A stretch of DNA of 64,000 nucleotides, taken from positions 134,930 through 198,929 of the forward strand of contig JAZAMN010000008.1 in NCBI GenBank assembly GCA_036229005.1, given 5' to 3'. The first letter of the stretch is position 1; each line of letters starts with the position of its first letter. The position numbers and the translations under genes were made by a program. This document shows positions 47,960-56,002 of the stretch, piece after piece. Origin of the DNA: Myxococcota bacterium. GTDB taxonomy: Bacteria; Myxococcota_A; UBA796; CAJQPC01. The notes under the pieces were generated by a model that searched no databases, had not been told where the DNA came from, and worked only from the letters and a program-made list of their open reading frames with translations.

Positions 47960-49068
47960 GGCTGTCCTTGCGTGTTCGTCTGCTTGGTTTGCTGGAGGGC
48001 ATTCCATGCCGAAGTGACTGACTGGACGGCTTCCGCATCACCCCTGAGGTATGCGTCCAGCAGCTGATCCTCAGTGATAGCGCCAGACTCGACCAGCTGT
48101 GTAACAGCCGCCATCTCCTCAGGGTATCCAGGACCTCCAACCACGAACGTTCCATTCTCTCTTGTCCAGCTGGTCTTGCCATCTAGGACCATATTGGTGA
48201 TATAGTCGGTCGCGCCCTCACGGAGAGCCCGTTCCGCTGCTTCGTGGAATGCTGGTGCTGTAGCCGCATGGAGGTACTCATGGGTTAGGACCCACGGGTT
48301 CTCAATGTTGTCACTGGCTACCGTGATGCGGTGCAGTTCGCCAACATAGTGGCCGCCGACTGCGAGGAGACTCTTGGTGTATTCTGCCGCTAGCTGATCG
48401 GTTCTCCAGGCGATGAACTCGGGCCTGGTTAGCGATACCTCCTTCGTCTCCTTGTAGGTACCTTCAAACGGAATGGGCACCAGTCTTGTTTCAGTTCGTG
48501 TGAACGTGGCGATCTCTTCATCCGACATGGGGGCTGCGATCGCTTCGGCGGCCAAGCGTGCTTCGTTCTCTAGCTGTTGCACTCGGGTCGCTGGGTCTGC
48601 AGACCAGACGCGAACCTCTGCGGAGAATGTTCGCTTCGCATCAATTCTCGACGCGACTTTCGGGTTCGAAAGGAGGAGTTCCTTCGACATCGCCATGTTC
48701 TCCTCCAGCGAAGCAGGCGCGGTAGGAGGTGGCTTGTTCTGTGGCTTTACAGTTAGGCCTGGTTCTTCAGTCTGGTGTCCGGACCAGTCAACGTAGCGAC
48801 CGGGGCTTGACGCAGCATATCCGTAGGCGGACGAGTCAAGCGCAACCAAGCGAGGTTCCCCCTGGAGGAAGCGGCTTGTTCCGGTATCGTAGGTCCTAGG
48901 CCCGGCCATCAAAAGCCCACTGGTTTCATCTCGTTCGACCCCAATGTACCGATACCGATTCCTCTCATCCCTCCGGTCACTCGCCTTCCCATATGGGAAG
49001 TACTCTCCTCCCCTGGGGAGACCATTGTTCCTTCGCGCCCAGCGCGCGTCGGTGGAGTTCATCAGCAT
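47956..49068 (-). CDS. orphan Rhs core plus HExxH metallopeptidase toxin tip
   Basis: EYFPYG..P....DWSG; THEYLH...LREGATD. Confidence 0.8.
   Translation of the reverse strand: MLMNSTDARWARRNNGLPRGGEYFPYGKASDRRDERNRYRYIGVERDETSGLLMAGPRTYDTGTSRFLQGEPRLVALDSSAYGYAASSPGRYVDWSGHQTEEPGLTVKPQNKPPPTAPASLEENMAMSKELLLSNPKVASRIDAKRTFSAEVRVWSADPATRVQQLENEARLAAEAIAAPMSDEEIATFTRTETRLVPIPFEGTYKETKEVSLTRPEFIAWRTDQLAAEYTKSLLAVGGHYVGELHRITVASDNIENPWVLTHEYLHAATAPAFHEAAERALREGATDYITNMVLDGKTSWTRENGTFVVGGPGYPEEMAAVTQLVESGAITEDQLLDAYLRGDAEAVQSVTSAWNALQQTKQTNTQGQP
48938..49005 (-). repeat. Rhs core repeat copy 2 (palindrome 48985-49000)
   Basis: 68 bp, 2 mismatches to copy 1, inverted. Confidence 0.95.
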
Positions 49069-49131
49069 GGGGCCAGAATAGACCATCTCCTGCCTGGCTT
49101 CGCTGACCATTCTACGAATGGGCCTGCTGGG

Positions 49132-49998
49132 CTACTCCTCGGACGCGGCCAGGAATCCAGTCCTGGCCAACTCCGCTGCAGCCTCCACGGCCTCGGTCAA
49201 GGCTGGCGTCTGGAGGCCGGACTTGCGGAGAAAGCCCTTCCACTGCGCCTGCTTCGACCTGTCCTGGGCGAACTCGGAGCTCAGCCCAATGGGCAACTCC
49301 GATGGAACCGGGGTCCCTCGGCGCGAGAAGGTGTGGCGAATGGCCATGCCAAGGCCCTCGCCGGTGACGATACCCAACTGATGGGCCGCCCAGAGGTCGT
49401 AGTAGTCCTTCATCCTGCTGTTGGCCAGCCCCAGCGTCACCACGGCGTGGAGCTTCTCGGCCAATGTGGCCTCTGCCGGGTAGCCCAACAACCTGGGTGC
49501 TCCCAGGTCCAGCAGCTGCGGGTACTCGAACCACTCTGGCTCGGGAACCACAGCGTCTCCGAACCCAACGTCGACCTGCATCCTCAGCTTCATGCCGGCG
49601 AGATCGGCAACGAAAGACACCCGCACCCCGACGTAGGCGGTTTCCACCCGGATCTCAGCGCCCTCAATGGACTGGGCGTCAAACTGGACACCGTCATCCG
49701 CTTCCACATCGAGTACGTCCCCGATGCGTTGGCTGACCGCCGACACGGAGTTCTGTCCCCAGCCCAGCAGGTCGATATCCCTGGTGACTCGGCCGTACTC
49801 CCCCGCCCAGAGGAGCGTCGTCAGCCCGCCCTTGAGGACGAATCGGTCTACATGCTGCGAGTGGGCAAGGCGGAAGAGGAACCTCTCCATTGCGTAGAGG
49901 GTCGCCAACTCCTGAAAGACGCGTCCCTCTGTCCGTGCGCGATTGAGCAAACGACGCCGGACCGAAGCGGCCATGTTCGTGACTCTCCGCTCTGTCAT
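49132..49998 (-). CDS. abiEii: AbiEii/AbiGii nucleotidyltransferase toxin (type IV TA)
   Basis: FVLKGG, RVTRDIDL, AEKLHA, NSRMKDYYDL. Confidence 0.92.
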   Translation of the reverse strand: MTERRVTNMAASVRRRLLNRARTEGRVFQELATLYAMERFLFRLAHSQHVDRFVLKGGLTTLLWAGEYGRVTRDIDLLGWGQNSVSAVSQRIGDVLDVEADDGVQFDAQSIEGAEIRVETAYVGVRVSFVADLAGMKLRMQVDVGFGDAVVPEPEWFEYPQLLDLGAPRLLGYPAEATLAEKLHAVVTLGLANSRMKDYYDLWAAHQLGIVTGEGLGMAIRHTFSRRGTPVPSELPIGLSSEFAQDRSKQAQWKGFLRKSGLQTPALTEAVEAAAELARTGFLAASEE

Positions 49999-50609
49999 GC
50001 CAGCGCCTCCAGGTAGGGTCGCATCACGGAGCGGACCCCGCAAACATCGCCCATCTCATCCAGCTCGGCGGCCGTCGAACTCCGAGACTCCAGGGCCATC
50101 TTGAGGGACGCGATGGCTGCCTCCAGACCGACGCGGCTCCGGAACTTGAAGGCGTCCGCGACAGACTTGGCCGGTGTCGTCAGTCTGACCTCGACCCCGT
50201 CGATGTCGCGGGTCTCCACCCCGGCCTGATAGCTCGCCGGCGAGAAGTGGTAGACCTCAACTGGCGGATAGTTCAGCTTGGCAGGATGAGAGCCGCGCGG
50301 GAGCGCCAGGTGTACGGCCCTGGGGATCTCCAGGGTGAGACCATGCAGGCTCAGTGCGGTGGTGAGACAGAGAACCGCCTTGGGCATGCGGCTGACGACG
50401 GCGATCAGATCCGGCTCCGAGAGCGGTAGCTCCGCGACGCGGTAGACCCCGCGTGTCAGTACGTCGATCCAACCTGCGTCCCTCGCTGCGTAGAGGTCCC
50501 GGGGGTGGACCCCCGCTGCGAGGATGTCTCGCGTACGCGCAGTCCCCCCCAGACGCAGGAGTACATCCACGACGGGCGAGACTGAGGACTTGGATAGATT
50601 GCTCGACAC
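49995..50609 (-). CDS. abiEi: AbiEi antitoxin (type IV TA)
   Basis: RGVYR, CLTTALSLHGLT, PAKSVADAFKFR; coupled to abiEii. Confidence 0.9.
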   Translation of the reverse strand: MSSNLSKSSVSPVVDVLLRLGGTARTRDILAAGVHPRDLYAARDAGWIDVLTRGVYRVAELPLSEPDLIAVVSRMPKAVLCLTTALSLHGLTLEIPRAVHLALPRGSHPAKLNYPPVEVYHFSPASYQAGVETRDIDGVEVRLTTPAKSVADAFKFRSRVGLEAAIASLKMALESRSSTAAELDEMGDVCGVRSVMRPYLEALA

Positions 50610-50750
50610 CTACACCTTTCTATAGCAGATTCTATCCAAGGGACGCGCTGATGGCTCAAGGCAAGTCCAGGCGGCAGGAAGCCAACACCGCTCAACCACC
50701 TGAAATCAGGCAGATGCGCTCCAGTCAGTGCTCCAACCACGGAGCACGAC

Positions 50751-51617
50751 ATGACCGATTTCGCCTCGATCCTCAACGCCTGGCTGGCCCACACCAAAGA
50801 CCGAGTGGACCTCGCCGAAGGGACCAAGCGCAACTACGCCCGGGTCCTTCGCACCCTGCTTCACTGGTGCGGAGACCGGACCTTCGCGGAGCTCTCCCTG
50901 CCCGACTTCGTCCGCTCTCGTAGGCGGGCTGGCCTGGCAGACCGGACCATCCACCTGGAGCTCAGCATCCTGCGGATCGTCGTCCGTTGGGCAGAGCAGG
51001 AGAGGCTGATGGTCCTGGCCACGCCGCTGCGGCTCCCTCGACTTCGCATCGATCCTCGCCAGTTCAGGGCCAACCACACCACTCCCACACCGGAGGAAGC
51101 AGGCCTGGCCATCGCCTCCATGCCGCACGACGACTGGCGGCTCGCCGCCTCGCTGCTCGCACGAACTGGCGCACGCGTTGGCGAGGTGGTGTCCCTGCGG
51201 TCCCGGGACCTGGACGAGCATCGAGGGACCTTGGTCCTTGGAGCTGCGGTCGGGAACTCCAAGACCGGCTCTCGCACCTTCCCCTTGGACCCCCATTCAC
51301 TGAGGCTCCTGCGTGGACGGGGAGCCCGCGGTCGGACGCCTTTGCTGGACTTCGGGGGCGTCCGGAACCCCAAGCACGGCATCCGTCAGCGCCTGCAGAA
51401 GGCCTGCCTGAAGGCCGGCGTCCAGGTCTTCACACCGCACGGGCTTCGTCGCATGGTTGTGGGCAGGCTCATTCGGGCGTGCGTCGACCCTGGAACGGCG
51501 GCCGCGCTGACCGGCCACACCGTGACGGTGATGCTGCGCTTCTACCAGGTGGTCACCGAGCGGGATCGCCGTGCCGCAACGATAGCCGCGCAGCTTGGTG
51601 AGCTGACGGGCGAGTAG
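50751..51617 (+). CDS. second tyrosine recombinase (288 aa, no arm-binding domain)
   Basis: TGARVGE (R), SKTG (K), HGLRR, TGH, RFY (Y) all intact. Confidence 0.9.
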   Translation: MTDFASILNAWLAHTKDRVDLAEGTKRNYARVLRTLLHWCGDRTFAELSLPDFVRSRRRAGLADRTIHLELSILRIVVRWAEQERLMVLATPLRLPRLRIDPRQFRANHTTPTPEEAGLAIASMPHDDWRLAASLLARTGARVGEVVSLRSRDLDEHRGTLVLGAAVGNSKTGSRTFPLDPHSLRLLRGRGARGRTPLLDFGGVRNPKHGIRQRLQKACLKAGVQVFTPHGLRRMVVGRLIRACVDPGTAAALTGHTVTVMLRFYQVVTERDRRAATIAAQLGELTGE

Positions 51618-51654
51618 GAACCCCGAGGCCACGGGCATGGTCTACACTAGGCCC

Positions 51655-52713
51655 GTGGTCGCACTCCCCGCCAGTTCCGACAACCCTGGCTCGGTCCAAG
51701 CCCGAGAGGAGTACTTCCCATATGGGAAGGCGAGTGACCGGAGGGATGAGCGGAATCGGTATCGGTACATTGGGGTGGAGAGGGATGAGGCTACCGGTCA
51801 ATATGTTGCTGGGCCGCGGACATATGATGCAGAGACTGGAAGGTTTCTTCAGGGAGAACCCATCATATCTGAGTCCATTCTCCAGTCTCCGTATTCATAC
51901 GCGGGTCTATCTCCAGTGGCCTATCTTGACTCCTCTGGCCGAAAGCGGGAGAGGGCGACGCCGGAGGTTTCTAGCGAGCCAATCGAGTTCGACCCCTTAG
52001 GCACGCCGATTACTCCTAGCGGTACCTCACCACAACAAGGCTTCACGATGAAGCGAGCGGAAGGTATGGAAGCGATTCAGTCTCGGCTGGAAACAGATAA
52101 GCATGGGGGAACTGACTGGGCTGGATTGCTAATCCTGAACCAATACATGCTCGGAGAGGGGAAAGATGTGGTTATCCACAATTCAGAACGCTGGACGGAC
52201 TACCTGACGACTGCACCGGTATCCCCGAAGGTAAACAAGGCAGGGGACATCTTTTACTGGAAACTTCAGACGGTCACCGAGCAGGCCCTCAAGGACGTGA
52301 CAGAGTATCTCGTGGAGAATCACCAGGACTCGGTTGGCGAGACCCTCTACGTGAAGTTCGCGATCCCCCGAGCCAAGATTGCACAGAGAGGAAGGGGGAC
52401 GGGCTTCTATCTCCTCAATCAGCCAGATGATACGATTGGCGGCTTCTTTGCTGTCGGTACGGCCGTAATCTCGGAGACGGAGACGGGCTTTTCGGTTGAG
52501 TACGATCTTACGTTTGTGTGGCAAGATCTCATCAACGACAATCCGAAGTATCGCTTCGACAAGTGGTGGGCGCCCATTACGCGCGCATTCGGAGCCAAGA
52601 ACTACGGCCTTCGCATATCTTGGGATGCGCAACAGACAGTCTCTGTGAGCTACTCAAGTGAGGCACAGATCGCAACGGAAGTATCAGGTGGATGGCCAGC
52701 CTCAGATGAATAG
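51655..52713 (+). CDS. orphan Rhs core plus toxin tip (colicin-M-like by eye); alternative ATG at 51637
   Basis: EEYFPYG..P....DSSG, then unique tip. Confidence 0.8.
   Translation: MVALPASSDNPGSVQAREEYFPYGKASDRRDERNRYRYIGVERDEATGQYVAGPRTYDAETGRFLQGEPIISESILQSPYSYAGLSPVAYLDSSGRKRERATPEVSSEPIEFDPLGTPITPSGTSPQQGFTMKRAEGMEAIQSRLETDKHGGTDWAGLLILNQYMLGEGKDVVIHNSERWTDYLTTAPVSPKVNKAGDIFYWKLQTVTEQALKDVTEYLVENHQDSVGETLYVKFAIPRAKIAQRGRGTGFYLLNQPDDTIGGFFAVGTAVISETETGFSVEYDLTFVWQDLINDNPKYRFDKWWAPITRAFGAKNYGLRISWDAQQTVSVSYSSEAQIATEVSGGWPASDE
51709..51791 (+). repeat. Rhs core repeat copy 3 (palindrome 51714-51729)
   Basis: 83 bp, 3 mismatches to copy 1. Confidence 0.95.
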
Positions 52714-53134
52714 TTACGTGCTGTTCATATGGATGGCTGCTTGCCATCCATCGGCAAGCAACCATCCAGCAACTCCGACGACCCTCCGAGAGTGCTCTGG
52801 AGCGGACAGCATGGAGCTCAAGGCGGTTCGGAGGGTCTATTCGTCTGCTTCACTATCGTGTTGGGAACCCTACTTCTCGGACCTTCCGATGCAACGCACT
52901 GGTACCAGTCTGTACTTCAGGGAGAGCTATTCTGGATGCCCAGGTGAGGAGATGGATGAGTCTGGTGTCCGGACACTGGGGTACTGGGTTGGTACTGTGT
53001 TCATCTTCCGAAACGGAGTTCCCGTCTGCCAGGTTGACGTAAACTACTCCCCCGCCCCGTACTCGCTGAGCGCGTTGCCGGGAGCGTTCAGCGCAGGCCT
53101 CATGGCCGAGGTGAATTCAACCCTCAGAGAGTAG
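52706..53134 (+). CDS. putative immunity lipoprotein
   Basis: Overlaps toxin stop; MNSYVLFIWMAAC lipobox. Confidence 0.65.
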   Translation: MNSYVLFIWMAACHPSASNHPATPTTLRECSGADSMELKAVRRVYSSASLSCWEPYFSDLPMQRTGTSLYFRESYSGCPGEEMDESGVRTLGYWVGTVFIFRNGVPVCQVDVNYSPAPYSLSALPGAFSAGLMAEVNSTLRE

Positions 53135-53189
53135 GCTCTCTGTCGATGGAACACTGCCTGCTCAGCTAGGCGGAGTAGTGTACCCATTG

Positions 53190-53442
53190 GAATCCCTGCG
53201 ACGGGCCGGGCTAGGTTTGCGGGCTCCGAGGGTGGTGCAGTCACCGCCGCGACGTGGTTCTCCTTGATCGGCAGCTGCATGGTCAACGCCATCGATCCCT
53301 GGCTGTACCTGAGCGACGTCTTGCCGCAGCTGAACCGCTGGCCGGCCAGACGGGTCTTGGAGTTGGAGCCAGCTGCGTGGCGGGCCAGGAGGCTAACCCG
53401 GCAGGGGTGAAGTCCAGGGGGTGGGGTTCGCCGGAGGGATAC
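53190..53442 (+). mobile_element. IS66-family remnant (TnpC C-terminus plus right end)
   Basis: FAGSEGGAVTAATWFSLIGSC..NAIDPWLYLSDVL...ELEPAAW; end GTTCGCCGGAGGGATAC. Confidence 0.75.
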
Positions 53443-53638
53443 CGGGAGAGAGCACAGCCCGTCATCCAGCTGCGCTGCATCGACGTCAACGGCCAGTGGG
53501 AGACCTTCGTGAGCTGGGTCCTCAAGCGAATGCAGACAGAGACCCGGCAGCAGGGCCGAAGGGCCCGACTGCAGACACAATCACCGGCAAAGCTGCCCTA
53601 TCAAAGGAAGGTGGCGTAACGGAGGCCGATCTGCACCC
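53443..53638 (+). mobile_element. ISKra4-like transposase C-terminal remnant plus end
   Basis: RERAQPVIQLRCIDVNGQWETF; end GATCTGCACCC. Confidence 0.55.
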
Positions 53639-53645
53639 TACTGGT

Positions 53646-54383
53646 TCAGCGTGAGCCTGACTCTCGATGGACACTACTGTGTCGATGCAATCGGCCCTTT
53701 TTCGGAACTGCGATCCCAAGGATTCTGTCATAAACATCGTCAGGTGCAGGCCCAAGCCGAGATAGGCGGCCAAAATGAAACAGCCGCGCTGGCAGACAAT
53801 ACACCCCATTCTTATCGACAAAGCTTCCAAACGGCAGCCAAAGGACGACCGCCCGAAGTTCCTGAGCCTTGTGTAGCACGACGTCCCCAGCGCTCCCCTT
53901 GGGAGCTGGAAGCCCCCCAAGCGACTCCCACTCAACCTCGTTGTCTCCACCCTCTTCCATTGAGAGATAACGTTCCACAACCTGATCACCATGCGCATGA
54001 AGATAGCCAAACGAATGCCCAGCCGTATCCCCCGCACTTACGCAGAAAGACTCCAGCCCCTCTACAACCGGCCAGTCCACACCAAAAACCCTGCTGTTGA
54101 TGCGGCCAAACAATGAGTCTGGGATGACTTGGGTCCAAGCGCTTCCCTTCAACTGCAGGAAGAGAATCCGATGGTAGCTGCTTGGTGGGTAGTTCGCCCA
54201 AGACTCTTGGACCAAATGACCACCGTGCTCAGAAATGGTCCTGTCAACCAACTCGTCGGCTGAAGTTCGAACCAGCACCGCTTCCCAATTCGCCTGTGGG
54301 TAGTGACAGTACCCGAAGTCAGAGAATCCGACCATGTTGTCAGAAATCCTCTTCCAGAAGTCAGACATACCACTCTCCATCAT
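53646..54383 (-). CDS. putative cytoplasmic immunity protein
   Basis: Directly downstream of nuclease tip; no signal peptide. Confidence 0.6.
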   Translation of the reverse strand: MMESGMSDFWKRISDNMVGFSDFGYCHYPQANWEAVLVRTSADELVDRTISEHGGHLVQESWANYPPSSYHRILFLQLKGSAWTQVIPDSLFGRINSRVFGVDWPVVEGLESFCVSAGDTAGHSFGYLHAHGDQVVERYLSMEEGGDNEVEWESLGGLPAPKGSAGDVVLHKAQELRAVVLWLPFGSFVDKNGVYCLPARLFHFGRLSRLGPAPDDVYDRILGIAVPKKGRLHRHSSVHRESGSR

Positions 54384-54413
54384 TGTTCAACCATCCTATA
54401 ATACCCATCGCTG

Positions 54414-55484
54414 CTACCCCCCCGGCACCAAGACCCAATCGCCTGCCTCTGTGGCCAGACCGGTCTCAAACTCTGGATTCAACGAGAGCGGCGCATCCGA
54501 CTCTAGCAGCTCTGCCCTGCCGACCCTCACGTATGTGTCCCCTCCATACTCCGCGTACTCAAGCTTGGCGTGGTAGACGGCGACTCCAGCCTCATTGAAT
54601 TCCTGTACCAACGCAGGTGAGATAGAAACATCGGATGTGGTTATGTAGATGATTGATGCATGAGCAAGACCCATCGAGTCTTGAAACCCGGTCTCTTCCG
54701 GATGGTCCGTAATGTACTCGAGGTAACCGGCTGCTTGACCCGAATCTGCCGCCATGGTTACGACATGTTCACTGTCTGCCATGCCAGAGCCACGTGCCTT
54801 CACCTCCACAAGTATCCCATACTCATAGATCTTCGACTCAAAGTCATCACCTGGGACAGGAACAGGGATAAAGCCAACCCATTTGATGTCGATCGTCCCG
54901 CGAGCAACTATCGTACTCCGCCAAAAGTCCGGACGAACCGAGTGAACCCCCCATCTGCTTCCCCGGTTTGGAGTGGGGAGCGGGCCGTAGAATCGCTCCA
55001 AGAAGCGAGCATGGTCTGTTGACTCTCCGACGATCGCCTCCGCGAGGTAGCCCGCTTGTTGCTTCACATTCCGACGACGAATACGGCCCACCCAACCGTG
55101 TTCAATCGCAAGGCTTCGCAAGGTGTCGGTATCCAGCTCTTTTGCATCCTGCTCAAGCTTTGCCAGGGCCCCCGGACTGTCCTCAGGCTCCCAGCCTGAG
55201 CTGTCCAGCTGTCGCAGCGGGTTCGTCGGATATCCAAAGGCTGCTCGAACGCCGTAGTGGTCGACTTCAAACAGAATCGGATCACCCTGGAGAAAGCGAC
55301 CTGTCACTGTGTCGTAGGCTCTTGGGCCGGTCATGGAGAGGGCCGTCAACTTGTCCCTTTCCACCCCAATATACCGATACCGATTCCTCTCATCCCTCCG
55401 GTCACTCGCCTTCCCATATGGGAAGTACTCTCCTCGGACTCGAACCGAGCCGGGGTTCTCGGAATTGGCGGGGAGTGCGACCAC
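54414..55484 (-). CDS. orphan Rhs core plus PD-(D/E)xK (REase-fold) nuclease tip; alternative ATG at 55502
   Basis: EYFPYG..P....DSSG; GYLAE, VRPDF, VEVKA, Q...Y. Confidence 0.8.
   Translation of the reverse strand: MVALPANSENPGSVRVRGEYFPYGKASDRRDERNRYRYIGVERDKLTALSMTGPRAYDTVTGRFLQGDPILFEVDHYGVRAAFGYPTNPLRQLDSSGWEPEDSPGALAKLEQDAKELDTDTLRSLAIEHGWVGRIRRRNVKQQAGYLAEAIVGESTDHARFLERFYGPLPTPNRGSRWGVHSVRPDFWRSTIVARGTIDIKWVGFIPVPVPGDDFESKIYEYGILVEVKARGSGMADSEHVVTMAADSGQAAGYLEYITDHPEETGFQDSMGLAHASIIYITTSDVSISPALVQEFNEAGVAVYHAKLEYAEYGGDTYVRVGRAELLESDAPLSLNPEFETGLATEAGDWVLVPGG
55354..55430 (-). repeat. Rhs core repeat copy 4 (palindrome 55410-55425)
   Basis: Identical 30-bp core, inverted. Confidence 0.95.
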
Positions 55485-55521
55485 GGGCCCAGTGTAGACC
55501 ATGCCCGTGGCCTCGGGGTTC

Positions 55522-55982
55522 CTACTCGCCCGTCAGCAAACCAAGCTGTGCAGCGATTGTTGCGGCATGGCGATCCCGCTCAGTGACCACCTGGTAGAAG
55601 CGCAGCATCACCGTCACGGTGTGGCCAGTCAGCGCGGCCGCCGTTCCAGGGTCGACGCACACCCGAGTGAGCCTGCCCGCAACCATGCGACGAAGCCCGT
55701 GCGGTGTGAAGACCGTCCCGGGCCTCCGACGCGACCGAAGAGGTTCTTGGCCATCGAGGCGGTGTCTGTGGCCGAGTAGGCGATGTAGGTGAACTGCCTC
55801 CGCAGCTTGGCGGTGGTTGCATCGTCGCTGGTGATGGTGGTTGGGCGGTTCAGGGTGTCGAAGACCCGGTCGACCTCGACCTCTCGGGTGTCTCTGGACC
55901 AGATCGGGTTGCCAGCGGCGTCCTCCAGGGCGCAACGGGTGTCCATGGCCGTGAGGTGTGCGGTCTTGATCTGCTGTCCGAC
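55522..55982 (-). pseudogene. chimeric remnant: Rhs body fragment fused to recombinase 3' end
   Basis: 55715-55982 is an inverted copy of 43852-44121; 55522-55714 is an inverted copy of 51425-51617. Confidence 0.9.
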
Positions 55983-56002
55983 TTAGGGTCGTAGCCGGGA
56001 TC

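Noticed and set aside
45412..55430. Integron cassette array
   Set aside because: Repeats lie inside coding sequence in alternating orientation, lack attC RYYYAAC/GTTRRRY ends, and the recombinase shows no IntI-specific insertion.
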